The notes under the pieces are model-generated. The model worked only from the letters and a program-made list of their open reading frames with translations. It had not been told where the DNA came from and did no database searches. A stretch of 63,628 bases of DNA, filler included, from Octopus bimaculoides (taxonomy: Eukaryota), in the NCBI RefSeq assembly GCF_001194135.2. It is 4 parts of 4 records of this genome, joined end to end, with 100 filler letters (N's around TTAATTAATTAA, not from the genome) between each part and the next. Parts side by side here need not be neighbours in the genome. Positions count along the whole stretch, not along the records: positions 1 to 19,566 come from NC_068985.1; 3 more parts are not named here. The stretch is one strand, 5' to 3'. Shown one piece after another: positions 1-11,939 of this stretch. Every line of letters starts with the position of its first letter. Within the stretch, counting starts at the first letter, position 1. The position numbers and the translations under genes are program-made.

Positions 1-61
1 TAAACAAATCAATTCTTTGTGCTTGAATATGAGATGCATGGCTTCGTTATTCCAGATCTGT

Positions 62-157
62 TCACACTGTGCTCACTGAATCAATCTGTTGGTAACTTTT
101 TATAAGGTTGTACACTAAACCCGCCGTGACCAGAGTCAGTCCAAAGAGACTTGACAC
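62..157 (-). CDS. SEL1L3: SEL1L3-like, terminal coding exon (TM segment + stop): VSSLFGLTLVTAGLVYNLIKSYQQIDSVSTV*
   Basis: Strong acceptor ttttctgttccattcttgcag; 96 nt, phase 0 matches the preceding exon; hydrophobic stretch where the SEL1L3 TM is expected; TGA at 64-62. Confidence 0.8.
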   Translation of the reverse strand: MSSLFGLTLVTAGLVYNLIKSYQQIDSVSTV

Positions 158-255
158 CTGCAAGAATGGAACAGAAAATTTTATGCAGATTTGACTACAA
201 TAAGTTCTAAGATTTAGGGAAAAGTAAAACAAGAGATGTTAATAATAATAATAAC

Positions 256-287
<32 letters not shown>

Positions 288-288
<1 letters not shown>

Positions 289-493
289 TTCTACTATAGA
301 CACAAGGCCTGAAAATTGCGGGGAAGGGCTAAGTGGATTGCATCGATTCCACTACTCAACTGCTACTTGATTTATCGGCCCCAAAGGATAAAAGTTGACC
401 TCGGCGGAATATGAACTCAGAACGCAAAGACGAACGAAATGCCGCTAAGCATTTCGCCCGGCGTACTAATGATTCTGCCAACTCGTCGCCTTA
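288..493 (-). mobile_element. tRNA-derived SINE, family A
   Basis: Reverse complement of the 4538 copy: ggcgagctggcagaa head, B-box-like gagttcaaattcc, gtcgactttgcctttcatcctttcgggg body. Confidence 0.85.
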
Positions 494-510
494 ATGATAA
501 TAATAATAAT

Positions 511-686
511 TCTTTCTGCGAAAGACACAAGGCCTCGGTGTTTCACTGGTACTTAATTTATCGACCCCGAAAGGACGAAAGGTAAAGTTGACCTCGGTGG
601 AATTTGAACTCAGAACATAGAGACGGACGAAATGCTGCTAAGCATTTTGCTCGGTATGCTAACGATTCTACCGGCTCACTACCTTG
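511..686 (-). mobile_element. SINE family A, internally deleted copy
   Basis: Same head and body as 288-493. Confidence 0.85.
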
Positions 687-744
<58 letters not shown>

Positions 745-748
745 TAAT

Positions 749-992
749 GAAATAGTGCTCATGGGAACTGCCCATATCCTACGTAAAACACTGTCTATGT
801 AATCTCAAATTTTAAAACAAACTTATAATGATTTTCTTATGTTTTCTTAAACATTCTCTAAAACAATACTTTGTGCAAAACCAAATATATGACACCCTAG
901 TCATAACACCAACTTGAACTTCTAACTTGTCTCTTGAGGTCTCTGGGTGAGACTTGGAGTCAACTTGTACAAATACGAAGCAAAAGTCAAAC

Positions 993-995
<3 letters not shown>
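749..995 (+). mobile_element. 5'-truncated R4/Dong-like non-LTR retrotransposon 3' end
   Basis: 749-802 reads EIVLMGTAHILRKTLSM*, matching the QKxxLLGTAxILRKVL C-terminus of RLE-type LINEs; about 190-nt 3' UTR; (TAA)n on both sides, the known Dong target. Confidence 0.7.
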
Positions 996-1024
<29 letters not shown>

Positions 1025-1053
1025 TTAATAATATTAATAATAATAATAATAAT

Positions 1054-1377
1054 GTCAAAAGGTCCTTCAATAAGGGTTGTTTAAGGATGTTGAACGAAAC
1101 ACTCATGTTTCCAAGGGTGAATTATCCAAACCCCAAAGAATTCCTCTCGACACATGGCTATGATGCTCCCCAACTACTTCTGCTCATGATCAGAGATGCA
1201 CATATCGAAAGCCAGTAAGGGACATACTCAAATGTTTGAGGTCAAACAACTGACAAGCAAATCTGTGGTAATGAACAGAATATTCGCTGTAACCCATCTT
1301 TTATACCAAGACAAAACAATGTACATGATAACACTTCCAATCAGTTAAGATGTGAACCATGAAAGCCACTGCTTTCA
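1054..1377. repeat. Dispersed repeat family D, unclassified
   Basis: 1290-1377 aligns with 48505-48600 (catcttttataccaagacaaaaca...gataacacttcc.atcagttaagat). Confidence 0.7.
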
Positions 1378-1978
1378 TAATAATAATAAATTTGTTTAAT
1401 ATTTAAAATAAGAATAATTCTTTCTAAGATTGATATGATAATGCATGAAATTCATTAAAGAATACAAGGCTCCGTAGTTAAATATAAAATACTAAGCATT
1501 TGGGAAGCTACAAAGGAAAAAATTATCAAGTGATTTCATGTAATGTGGTGCCAGGTCAGCTTACTTGGGATGTTAAACGCCAGCTATGCCCCTCCCCTTC
1601 CACCTCAAGAGTATTCAATCCGCAATCTCCAAATTCATCCGACTTATAAAATAGAGTTGGACGAGATTATTTGGGATCACTGGTCAAGTTGGAAAGTTTC
1701 ATTGTCCCGAGACTATTTTAAACGTAATTTGCACGAGACCACCAGTTAACATACTGGAGCACATATTATGTAATTACTACGGAAACCCTTTATCGTATCG
1801 AAGACCTAGTTCCGTCGATCTTTTTCGTTTTCGAAACAGGATTTGAACTATTTAAACACAGGCTATAGTCATTTTTATCAGCAAGTACTAATGGAGTCGA
1901 TAATTCCTTTGTATGATCTACTCCGTTTTCAGTGGAATAAGGAGTAGGCGTTGCAATGGGTACCACTTTAAGGTACAC

Positions 1979-2040
1979 ATGAGGGTTGGCTGAAAAAGTC
2001 ATAAACTGAACAAGTCATTCTCATGGAATGTGACCAAATG
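1979..2040. mobile_element. Mariner terminal inverted repeat fragment
   Basis: gagggttggctgaaaaagtcata, homologous to the TIR at 2679. Confidence 0.7.
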
Positions 2041-2169
2041 AAGTCTACTACAGTTTTATGAAGTGCCATTGGATAGAAGAAAGCCGTCAGCAACTTTTGT
2101 CCACGATCTGATTTCGATTTTTGGTTGAAGGTCTCTCATTTGACAATACAGATATCTTTGAGAAAGCAC

Positions 2170-2560
2170 GAACGGTGTTACTTCAATCTTTTTCTTGAGC
2201 CCTTTGCTTCCTATAGAGAATAAGCCAGCGACGACTTTTTCTCCACTGTTCTCGATTCTGGAATGTCTTCTCTGCTTTTCACCAGTTGGACCCCTGCTTT
2301 TCCAGCCCTGCCTCAGTATCTCGCCTCCAGCTATATGTAGGGGACCCCCTCTTCTGTCTCCCTTGTTGATTGCCAGTCAGAGTCTGACGTTCTCCTATTG
2401 GAAGACCTTCCTCTCTGAAGTCTTGTTGGTTTTGAATTACCATCGATGCTTCTGTAACTTTGCTTTTATTTTTCGGGATACGATTGTTAGTCTGATGCAA
2501 ACCTATTTTTATCTCTGGAAGGTGATCCATATTAGTTTAGTCACTTTTTTTTTGTTTTGG
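2170..2560 (-). mobile_element. RTE-clade LINE, degenerate 3' coding end
   Basis: QTLTGNQQGRQKRGSPTYSWRRDTEA...VAGLFSIGS resembles the RTE C-terminus (WNPxGKRKRGRPxxTWRR...LCS). Confidence 0.7.
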
Positions 2561-2678
2561 CTTGCTCAGCATGGGAGGTCTTACTAGGATCTTACGCTCT
2601 TGGTGGTCATTGAAGTACACAAGCCACCACATCAAAATAAGGAGTGGACCTTGCAGTGGGTACCATTTTAAGGTAGGA

Positions 2679-3984
2679 ACGAGGGTCGGCTGAAAAGTTC
2701 ATGGGCTGAACAAGATACTCTCATGGAATGTAACCATGTGAAAAATTTTTTCAGCATAGTCCCCCTTACGGTCCACACTCTTCTTCCATCGGTGTTGCAG
2801 TGATTCCCATGGTGAAGAGGCTTTCATCCTGTTGGTCAAAGAAGTCATCAACAGCAGGTATGATGTTACCATCATTACGATACTGATTCCCAGTCAAGTG
2901 TTTTTACATATTGGGAAACATATGATAGTCAGATGGGGCATAGTCAGATAGGACCAAATCAAGAGAATAGAGGTGATCAACAAGTTCCAAGCCATAACCA
3001 CGCGCAGCAGCCTCCATTTGAAGCCAAGGACTTGTGCTCTGTAGCACTGTCCTGGTGAAATAAAACCCTTTTCATCGGTTTTCTTGGGTGTTTGGTCTTG
3101 ATAGCCTTTTGCAACTGCCTAAGCAAGTTGGTATAGTACTCTCTATTGATGGTGTGGCCCTTTTGAATATAGTCAATAAACAAATTGCCTATTGCATCCC
3201 AAAAAACCGAGACAATCATCTTTCCTGCTGATGAAACGACCTTGACCTTCCTTAGAGCAGGTGAGAAGGGGTGTTTCCACTGTATGAGTTTTCTCTTTGT
3301 CTCTGGCTCAAAATGATGAAACCAACACTCACCCTGGGTTAGGAAACGTTCAAGGAAATCGGCTGGATCTACCGCAAACAATGTCAAATTTTGCTCTGAT
3401 GTGATCAGACTAATGCACCTTTAATCAGGTGCCAGAAGACGTGACACCCACCGAACAGAAACCTTCGTCATGCCAAATTCATAGTGCAGAATATTCTCAA
3501 CTCTCTCACTGGATAGTCTATAGCATTGGCTATCTGATTTATTGTCAATTGCCTGTCATACGTCACCATATGGTGAACATGATCACTACCTCGATGGTGG
3601 CAGTTGCAGGATGTCCAGTCCTTGGGTCATCTTCAAGACTCTCCCTTCCCCTCCTAAATTCAGCTGACCACTTTTGTACTGTTGATAAAGCTGGAGCATC
3701 ATTTCCTAACGTAGCACCCATATCAACATGAATTTCTTTGGAGGCTAAACCCTTTTTTTTTTTGCAGGTACTTGATAACACCACGATGAGAAATTCTGTC
3801 CATTTTCAAGAGAAGTCGCTACTAGTTAGTTTTGAAGTCTTCTTTGAACAGTCAATTGCCAGTTTACCTGGAAAGAAACAATGCACGTGTTAATAAGAAG
3901 GGTCGAAATTAATGCATGCAAGATCTCACAGCCCTAATGTCACTCCTTCAAAGCAAGCCTATGAAATTTTCAGCCTACTCTCTA
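2679..3984 (-). mobile_element. Full-length-sized mariner element, defective transposase
   Basis: TIRs acgagggtcggctgaaaagttc and tagagagtaggctgaaaatttc; HTH VQKWSAEFRRGRESLEDDPRTGHP; DDD domain FWDAIG...YYTNLL...LFHQDSA; frameshifts. Confidence 0.92.
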
Positions 3985-4537
3985 TGATTAAAACCTGAAA
4001 AATTTAGATTTTATCATGTAGACATGATAAAGACAACGTCGAAACAAATTTTACTGAATTTTCCCCAGCAGCAATGTGACTCATAGTAAGCTATTTCCGT
4101 AAGTAAATAAATAAACAAATGAATGAATGAATAAATGAATATACCCTTACTGGACACACAAGTTTGAGAACGATGTTATCTTAAAGTAGTGAGCTACATT
4201 CTACTTCCTTCTCTTAGCCATCCCTCAAGTGTCCTGTTTAGTATATGTATTGTATGAATCCCATTCCTCTAACACCTGAGAAATACTGAATAGTGTAGTA
4301 CCTCCCACACAAAGAACATTCCAGAAATGAATATACATACATACATACATATTAAATATGTGTGTGCGCGCGTACAAGTGAATGCACAAACGAAAGTGAC
4401 ACTCAACACATTTCGTAAGAGCTAGTGCGTATGTGTGTGTGCGTGTTTGTGGTATACATATCAACATACACAGACATGTATATACATACATATATTCAGC
4501 TTTGTGACATTTTACTCACCAGTATTTCACCAGACTG

Positions 4538-4725
4538 AGGCGGCGAGCTGGCAGAAACGTTAGCACACCGGGCGAAATGCTTAGCGGTATTTCGTCTGCC
4601 GTTATGTTCTGAGTTCAAATTCCGCCGAGGTCGACTTTGCCTTTCATCCTTTCGGGATCGATAAATTAAATAGCAGCTGCGTACTGGGGTCGATGTAATC
4701 GACTGCCACTCCCCCCAAAATCACA
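4538..4725 (+). mobile_element. SINE family A
   Basis: aggcggcgagctggcagaaacgttagc...gagttcaaattccgccgaggtcgac. Confidence 0.9.
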
Positions 4726-5371
4726 CCTTTTTCGTCTGANNNNNNNNNNNNNNNNNNNNNNNNNNNNNNNNNNNNNNNNNNNNNNNNNNNNNNNNNNNNN
4801 NNNNNNNNNNNNNNNNNNNNNNNNNNNNNNNNNNNNNNNNNNNNNNNNNNNNNNNNNNNNNNNNNNNNNNNNNNNNNNNNNNNNNNNNNNNNNNNNNNNN
4901 NNNNNNNNNNNNNNNNNNNNNNNNNNNNNNNNNNNNNNNNNNNNNNNNNNNNNNNNNNNNNNNNNNNNNNNNNNNNNNNNNNNNNNNNNNNNNNNNNNNN
5001 NNNNNNNNNNNNNNNNNNNNNNNNNNNNNNNNNNNNNNNNNNNNNNNNNNNNNNNNNNNNNNNNNNNNNNNNNNNNNNNNNNNNNNNNNNNNNNNNNNNN
5101 NNNNNNNNNNNNNNNNNNNNNNNNNNNNNNNNNNNNNNNNNNNNNNNNNNNNNNNNNNNNNNNNNNNNNNNNNNNNNNNNNNNNNNNNNNNNNNNNNNNN
5201 NNNNNNNNNNNNNNNNNNNNNNNNNNNNNNNNNNNNNNNNNNNNNNNNNNNNNNNNNNNNNNNNNNNNNNNNNNNNNNNNNNNNNNNNNNNNNNNNNNNN
5301 NNNNNNNNNNNNNNNNNNNNNNNNNNNNNNNNNNNNNNNNNNNNATGTATGCTAAGATATATTTTATCAAT

Positions 5372-5749
5372 CTCTCTTTCTCTTTTACTTGTTTCAGTCA
5401 TTTGACTGCGGCCATGCTGGAGCACCGCCTTTAGTCGAGCAAATCGACCCCAGGACTTATTCTTTTTGGAAGCCTAGTACTTATTCTATCGGTCTCCTTT
5501 GCCGAACCGCTACGTTATGGGGACGTAAACACACCAGCATCGGTTATCAAGCGATGTTGGGGGGGGGACAAACACAGACACACAAAACATATACACACAC
5601 ATACAGTTTCCGTCTACCAAATCCACTCACAAGGATTTGGTCGGCCCGAGGCTATAGTAGAAGACACTTGCCCAAGGTGCCATACAGTGGGACTGAACCC
5701 AGAACCATGTGGTTGGGAAGCTAGCTACTTACCACACAGCCACTCCTGC
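5372..5749 (-). mobile_element. tRNA-derived SINE, family B (central microsatellite)
   Basis: Head ggagtggctgtgtggtaag...gggttcagtccc, ccttgggcaagtg box, tail gactgaaacaagtaaaagag; about 10 copies in the window. Confidence 0.9.
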
Positions 5750-5917
5750 ACAATGTCAAATATATTTTGAAAATTTTTTTTTATCTACGCTAACATATAT
5801 TTCCTTACACTAAAATAAAATCTTGAAAAAATCGCTTCGTTATATATTCAACCTCCTATACAAAACTGCCCACGATTTAAAAAAAATTTCAGTAAATGTT
5901 TCCGTGGTTCTACTTAC

Positions 5918-6020
5918 CTTCATCCATAGATGATAGTGCTTCCATACATAAAGCATTTGAACTTTCCATAAAGCAATAGAACATGGAATGTAAGCATCAG
6001 TGTTATGCGATTCTTTACAC
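5918..6020 (-). CDS. SEL1L3: SEL1L3-like exon: (R)CKESHNTDAYIPCSIALWKVQMLYVWKHYHLWMK
   Basis: tttacag / AAG|gtaagt; 103 nt, phase 2 in, phase 0 out; resembles recalled SEL1L3 RCWSHSNEESFSPCSLAW. Confidence 0.88.
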
Positions 6021-7430
6021 CTGTAAACGAAGTCATTGAATTCAATATTTGATTAGTTTTCTATACTTGACCTACATCAGTTACAGTAGAAACAGGCAAA
6101 TATTTAGTTAGCTTTTTTTGTTTTGTTCTTGTTTTACGTGACCGACTTAAGTTATATATGACAGAATGGACTGTCATCAATCAGCGCTAAAGCCATTTCA
6201 TTATATAAACTCGCATCAGAAAAAAGAAACATTGTTTTGATTATTTAAAAAGACAAGACAGCGAAACTATCTCTAGAAACTCGAAACTGAACTTTCTAAT
6301 GCATTTCTTCCAAAATGTTTTTCTTTAGTAAGTAATGATTCCTTCAAAACATTATCCTGTGGAGGAACTACTTGATTCTGTTTTATTTAGAGTGTTTACA
6401 TTAAGTCTGCCGTTTATATAACCAGTTAAATAAACATTCATTACTTATACAATGTTACCGTTGAACTTTGGTGTCTCTTTAGAGCTAGGCAGAGTGAATT
6501 ATCGAAAGATGTCTTAATCATGGCCGCATTCGAAAGAGGTGGTCAACACTAATTACAATTCAGCAGTTAGATACGGTTCACTCGTAACATATATATAACT
6601 GTACGTTAAATACAGAGAGGCTGGATTATCTATATATCTACATGTTATACTTAGCACGATCATTTATGACTCGAAATATTGGTCATTGCGGGGGACCAGA
6701 GCGGAAGCAGTAAAGGTAACGACAGTTGAAGAGACAAATGGGTTGAGAGTGCTTGGGAAATTATGGCACGAGACAAGAAACGGAGACCGCATGGGATAAT
6801 TTAACCCTAGGCACGTGACGACCTGGAGTCAAACAACATCAACAGTGTCAAAAGGAACTGTAGATGAATAAAGGACTGAGAAATACAGACTCCCTCTGTC
6901 AATAGCTACGCTAAGACAGGTCAATACAGGCAAGCAAACAGAGAGAGAGAGAGAGAGATGAAAAGGTATAAAAGATGGTGAGAGAAGCAGAGCGAGTAGA
7001 GGAACAGAGAGAAAGTAAATAATAATTTATACGAGGACTGCAACATAGAAGGTAGTTTTTGTTTTAGTCCAAGTTAACCCTGAGTGCAGCCATGACCATA
7101 TCACCTTCTTTCGGACATTAAGTAATCAGGTATTAAATAATATTATCCAGTATATGCCACCTTTTTCAGGGCAGTAGGATGTAATCTGAGAAAAATTAGG
7201 TTGTTACTAGAAGTGCGGCGGGCGACTATAAAGAAACACTTACATAGGCTTGTCTTAGGAGATTAAATTTGGTGTACTGCCTTCTCTGTCGCAATATCTT
7301 TATGGAAAAAAAATGTGAATTGCGTCTTCTCGCGCTCGACATTGTATTTTACGATATCTTGTCCGGTCTCAGCACAAATTGTCTGAATCTCTTATACGCC
7401 ATTTTTATATATTCCTTATTTATATATTCA

Positions 7431-7818
7431 TTACTCTTTTACTCTTTTACTTGTTTCAGTCATTTGACTGCGGCCACGCTGGAGCACTGCCTTTAGTCGA
7501 GCAAATCGACCTCAGGACTTATTCTTTGTAAGCCTTGTACTTATTCTATCGGTATCTTTTTCCGAACCGCTAAGTTACGGGGACGTAAACACACCAGCAT
7601 TGGTTGTCAAGCGATGTTGGGGGGACAAACACAGACACACAAACATATATATATACATATATACGACGGGCTTCTTTCAGTTTCCGTCTACCAAATCCAC
7701 TCACAAGGCTTTGGTCGGCCCGAGGCTATAGTAGAAGTCACTTTCCCAAGGTGCCACGCAGTGGGACTGAACCCGAAACCATGTAATTGGTAAGCAAACT
7801 ACTTACCACACAGCCACT
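7431..7818 (-). mobile_element. SINE family B
   Basis: Colinear with 5372-5749. Confidence 0.9.
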
Positions 7819-8503
7819 AAAAAATTTTAAAAACGCAAAAAAATGGATTCCTGTTTTCTAATTTTACATAAGGCAATTACATTCAAAAACTCTATATTCT
7901 GTTTGTAAGTAGTGAAATGACTCAACAGAAATTGCAAGCTGAATTTGTCCAAATCTTTACTTCTTGCACGGTCGTCGATCGCTATCGATAATGCATGGAA
8001 ATTATAAAAAAATAAACACTATCTGTACACACTCCTCGTTCATATCTGGCGTGTTGTACCACAGTGTTAAGACCGCGCCATTTATGGGATACGAAATGTT
8101 GACCTATGGGTCAGAACGAAATCCCAATAATTAGTAGTCATCGCTTATCGTTTTGTTTTGTTTTGTTATGTTTTTTACTTCGTTAGAAGACCAAAGAAAT
8201 ATTGCACTTCGTGGTTTCTTGAATTTCTTTTGATGAACTTGATTACACAGCCTATCTGGTCTTTCGACCTTTAAAAGAAGTAACGAAATCGTTATTAGAT
8301 ACGCTTAACTGTCTTAAATAGAAAGAAGACACGTTGGATTATCCATTTCTGGATACAGTAAAAGAAATACTATGAGATTGTTGTGACAGGAATACTTTTG
8401 ATCATAGCTGACGAAGGGCAAAACTACAGGGTCCGGCAGAAAGGTTGTCCTGATTTCGAAGGTTAAAAAAACAAACGCATGAAGTTGCATGAAAAAACTT
8501 TGT

Positions 8504-8706
8504 AAGTTAAAGAAGTGATTTTAAATTCTCAAACGCAGGATAATGCTAATAATATAGCCTGAACAGTATAAACTACCCCTATTTTGCAGAAAAAAGTGTA
8601 GTGGCCAGCCTACACTTTTTTCTGCAAAATAGGGTAGTTTATCCTCTTCGGGCTATATTATTAGCATTATCCTGCGATTGAGAATTTAAAATCACTTCTT
8701 TAACTT
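8504..8706. mobile_element. Palindromic MITE with TTAA-AG ends
   Basis: Near-perfect arms of about 97 bp around a tggccagc loop; ends ttaaagaagtg...cacttctttaa. Confidence 0.8.
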
Positions 8707-9002
8707 TCTAAGACATCTCAACGCTTCTAAGAGCAAACTTCGTTTGTTTGTTTACGTTCATCGTAATTTGAATTTACAAAAACTTTGTATTTCTATGAAG
8801 TTCATTAAATACCATTTTTTTTTTCAGGTAGTTCCCACCATGGCCGGGAGTGGAGAGTGTCGTTTTTTTCTTGTATCTTCATGTGTTTATTTTTTATTTG
8901 CCTTTGAAATCGGGGAAGCCTTTCTGTTGTACCCTGTATAACACACCTATAACAATTGCACTCACTCTTTACAATATATTTCTATAAAAATAAGATACGC
9001 AC

Positions 9003-9130
9003 CGATTGTAAAGTTCAAATATCAGAGATATGTTGCTTTTTCCGACTTCTAAAGGAAGTCCCAGTTTTTTTAGGTCGCATTCTTTAAGTTGTACCCCTTC
9101 TTCTACCATTTGTGCTAGACTGAAAATGCC
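9003..9130 (-). CDS. SEL1L3: SEL1L3-like exon: GIFSLAQMVEEGVQLKECDLKKLGLPLEVGKSNISLIFELYN(R)
   Basis: aacttttcag / CG|gtgcgt; 128 nt, phase 0 to 2; resembles recalled GFFNLALLIEEG...NNISILQELYER. Confidence 0.88.
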
Positions 9131-10113
9131 CTGAAAAGTTTAAATATTAAAAGTATCAAATATTAACAAATATGTACAAAAAACGTTTCCTTCTTTCAGA
9201 ATATTGAGTATTTCATAGACTATTAGAGCATTCATTCGGGAAAATGAAAAGCAAAGTCAAACCCCAACAGACAATTGAACAAACACATTAATATCAAATC
9301 ATTTAAGACTCTCTAAAATATAATTTACTATCCCCATTGTATTTAAATAAAACACATTACAATATATATCATTTTCTATAGCAGTTTTCTTTCTTATCGA
9401 TCGATTATTAAATAAAACGGTAGTGTAACAAAAACAATACAGCCTAGGACTTAATGCTTTTTTCTTTTTTTCTTTTTTCTTTTTCAGAGGATTACTTTTA
9501 TTAGCTTAACCGGCACATTGCCTGAACTCCGTCTTATCTCGTTCGACATTGTATTTTTAGGTATCTTTTCCAGTCTCAGCTCAAATTGTCTGTATCTATT
9601 ATACGCCTTTTTTTTTTCTTTTACATATTCTTATCCATTGTTCATTATCTTATCATTATATGATTTTTAAAACGACTAAAATGGATTCCTGTCTTCTAAT
9701 TTTACACAAGAGAATTACATTCCATTTTAAGACTTCATATCCTGTTTGTAAAGAAAATATGTAAACACTAAAACAAAGTAACTAGAATGAAATGAAAGAG
9801 GCTTTTGTAGGCGCGGATATGAAATTAAAATTACCTAAGTAGAATATGACATTTAAGTTTGTGAAAACTATTTTACTTAATGCTTAAAACAATGGTTTTG
9901 CTCAGAACGAAATACGATCGAGTGAATCACTTAACAAAAATGAGTTTGTCAGCAGAGATAGACATCTCAGGAACTGCTTGAGTTTCCATGTTTACATCAC
10001 ATACAGCAAAAAGAAGGCGAACCCAAATTTTAGTGTACACAAAGAGATATTCTCTTCGGGTTTGCCTTCTCTTTTTGATATGTGATGTAAACATGGAAAC
10101 TCAAACAGATGTC

Positions 10114-10148
<35 letters not shown>

Positions 10149-10154
<6 letters not shown>

Positions 10155-10548
10155 CTTTACTACCCACAGGGGGCTACACACAGAGGGGACAAACAAGGAC
10201 AGACAAACGGATTAGGCGATTATATCGACCCCAGTACGTAACTGGTACTTATCTAATCGACCCCGAAAGGATGAAAGGCAAAGTCGACCTCGGCGGAATT
10301 TGAACTCAGAACGTAGCGGCAGACGAAATGCCTATTTCTTTACTGCCCACAAGGGGCTACACACAGAGGGGACAAACAAGGACAGACAAACGGATTAAGT
10401 CGATTATATCGACCCCAGTACGTAACTGGTACTTAATTTATCGACCCCGAAAGGATGAAAGGCAAAGTCGACCTCGGCGGAATTTGAACTCAGAACGCAG
10501 TGGCAGACGAAATACCGCTAAGCATTTCGCCCGGCGTGCTAACGTTTC
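10149..10548 (-). mobile_element. Tandem pair of SINE family A (alternative tail) inside (TG)n
   Basis: 10149-10332 lacks the head and abuts the fuller copy 10333-10548; (TG)n on both sides. Confidence 0.9.
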
Positions 10549-10991
10549 TCTGTGTGTGTGTGTGTGTGTGTGTGTGCAAGCACATTCTTGCACGTACACG
10601 TGGGTGATCAGATCATTTCAATTATTTTATACAGTTGCAAACTCATTTTGTGGGGATGGGAAATCTATGATCAATTAAATCGATTTCAGAATATTTGTAA
10701 TGTTTAAGTCATCGAAATAAGATGAATGGAAGATAGGATCTGGATTCACAGTCATACCTGAAATGATTCGGATTCAAAACAGTATGGCACAAAAATATAC
10801 TTATATACTATAAAATAAATCTAGTGAGCTCAATCCAGTTTGGGAGAAATGAGGTACGTAAATTAAGCACCTATGACACGAAAAGTTATCTAAAGACGCT
10901 TGATTTCAAGTTCATCTGGAAGATTGCTTATCTGAGGTAAAATAAGGGACAGTAGAAAATAAAAGGGGAATTAGAAATCAAATACACTTAC

Positions 10992-11098
10992 ATGAGGAGA
11001 TCCTTTAGTGGCCGCCCCCATGTAGAATTGCGTTGCCTTATTGAGATCCTGCTTACCACCACAGCCGTACCAGTTATAATCACCCATTTTTAGTAGCG
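10992..11098 (-). CDS. SEL1L3: SEL1L3-like exon: (A)LLKMGDYNWYGCGGKQDLNKATQFYMGAATKGSPH
   Basis: ttttcctgcag / CAT|gtaagt; 107 nt, phase 1 to 0; classic Sel1-like repeat LKMGDxYxYG...A..Y..AA..G. Confidence 0.92.
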
Positions 11099-11939
11099 CT
11101 GCAGGAAAATAATTAGTAAAACAGAAATAGGATAAATTATTGAATTCACCACATTACTGGGGAATCAGAAGCAACTGCAATACATTTGGTGTATGAAGAC
11201 CTTTCTTCAATAACTTTTTTGTTATCTTTTCCTAAATAAATTAAAGCAATGAGAATGGATGCAAAATTTGTTTACGTATTTAGTCAATAACTTAGCCCCT
11301 GATTGTAATTATGCACTACTTAACATATATCTATTTATTTAGATAAATATTTATTTATTTAGATCGCAATAGTAGTAGATATTGCTTAAGCACCTATTTG
11401 TGAGCTAGCTCAGACAATGAACTGTTAAAAGTAGTTATGATCTCGACACATTTGCGCATATAGAACTTCATGAAAGCGTTCTAGTTACTATTTTTAACTT
11501 CCTTTATATTATTAACACCTAAGAACCATCGAGAAAACCTTGAGACGGTTACTCGACACGCTAAAAACAGCAGTTAAATCTTCTCCAAATCTCATGCTAC
11601 GATCTGAAGAGACACACAGGACAACGTAGGCCCTAATATACAAGAAAAAAATGGATTGCCACTGAAAGAATGCTCAATCAGGTTCGACGTGGGCCTACAT
11701 AACAGCAAAAACTATTTGATGCTATTTTATGATCAAGATGCACTATGATAAGGTATTAGTATGCCTCTCTTCTTGATTTCTGATCACCTAAATCTTGTGA
11801 TACATTCAAAACATTGCCATAAGCTAAAGTTCAATAGGATCTTCAAAAAAAAGAAAAACAATCAATATTCTTTTATACATATTGGTTGCAATTTTTTGCC
11901 AAAAGTTCGGGAGAGAGAGAAAAGTTCATCGAGCCCAAT

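Larger units (their letters stand above)
241..1390. repeat. (AAT)n microsatellite split into five tracts by four insertions
   Basis: AAT runs at about 241-288, 494-510, 687-748, 995-1053 and 1377-1390. Confidence 0.9.

Noticed and set aside
1790-2002. 70-aa minus-strand ORF as a SEL1L3 terminal exon
   Set aside because: Its acceptor comes from a mariner TIR, the phase does not fit, and a better terminal exon exists at 62-157
4020-4050. atgataaagac-aac-gtcgaaac hammerhead-like string
   Set aside because: Two core mismatches and no stem I or III
4538-4630. tRNA-like heads as tRNA genes
   Set aside because: No cloverleaf or anticodon arm; they are SINE heads
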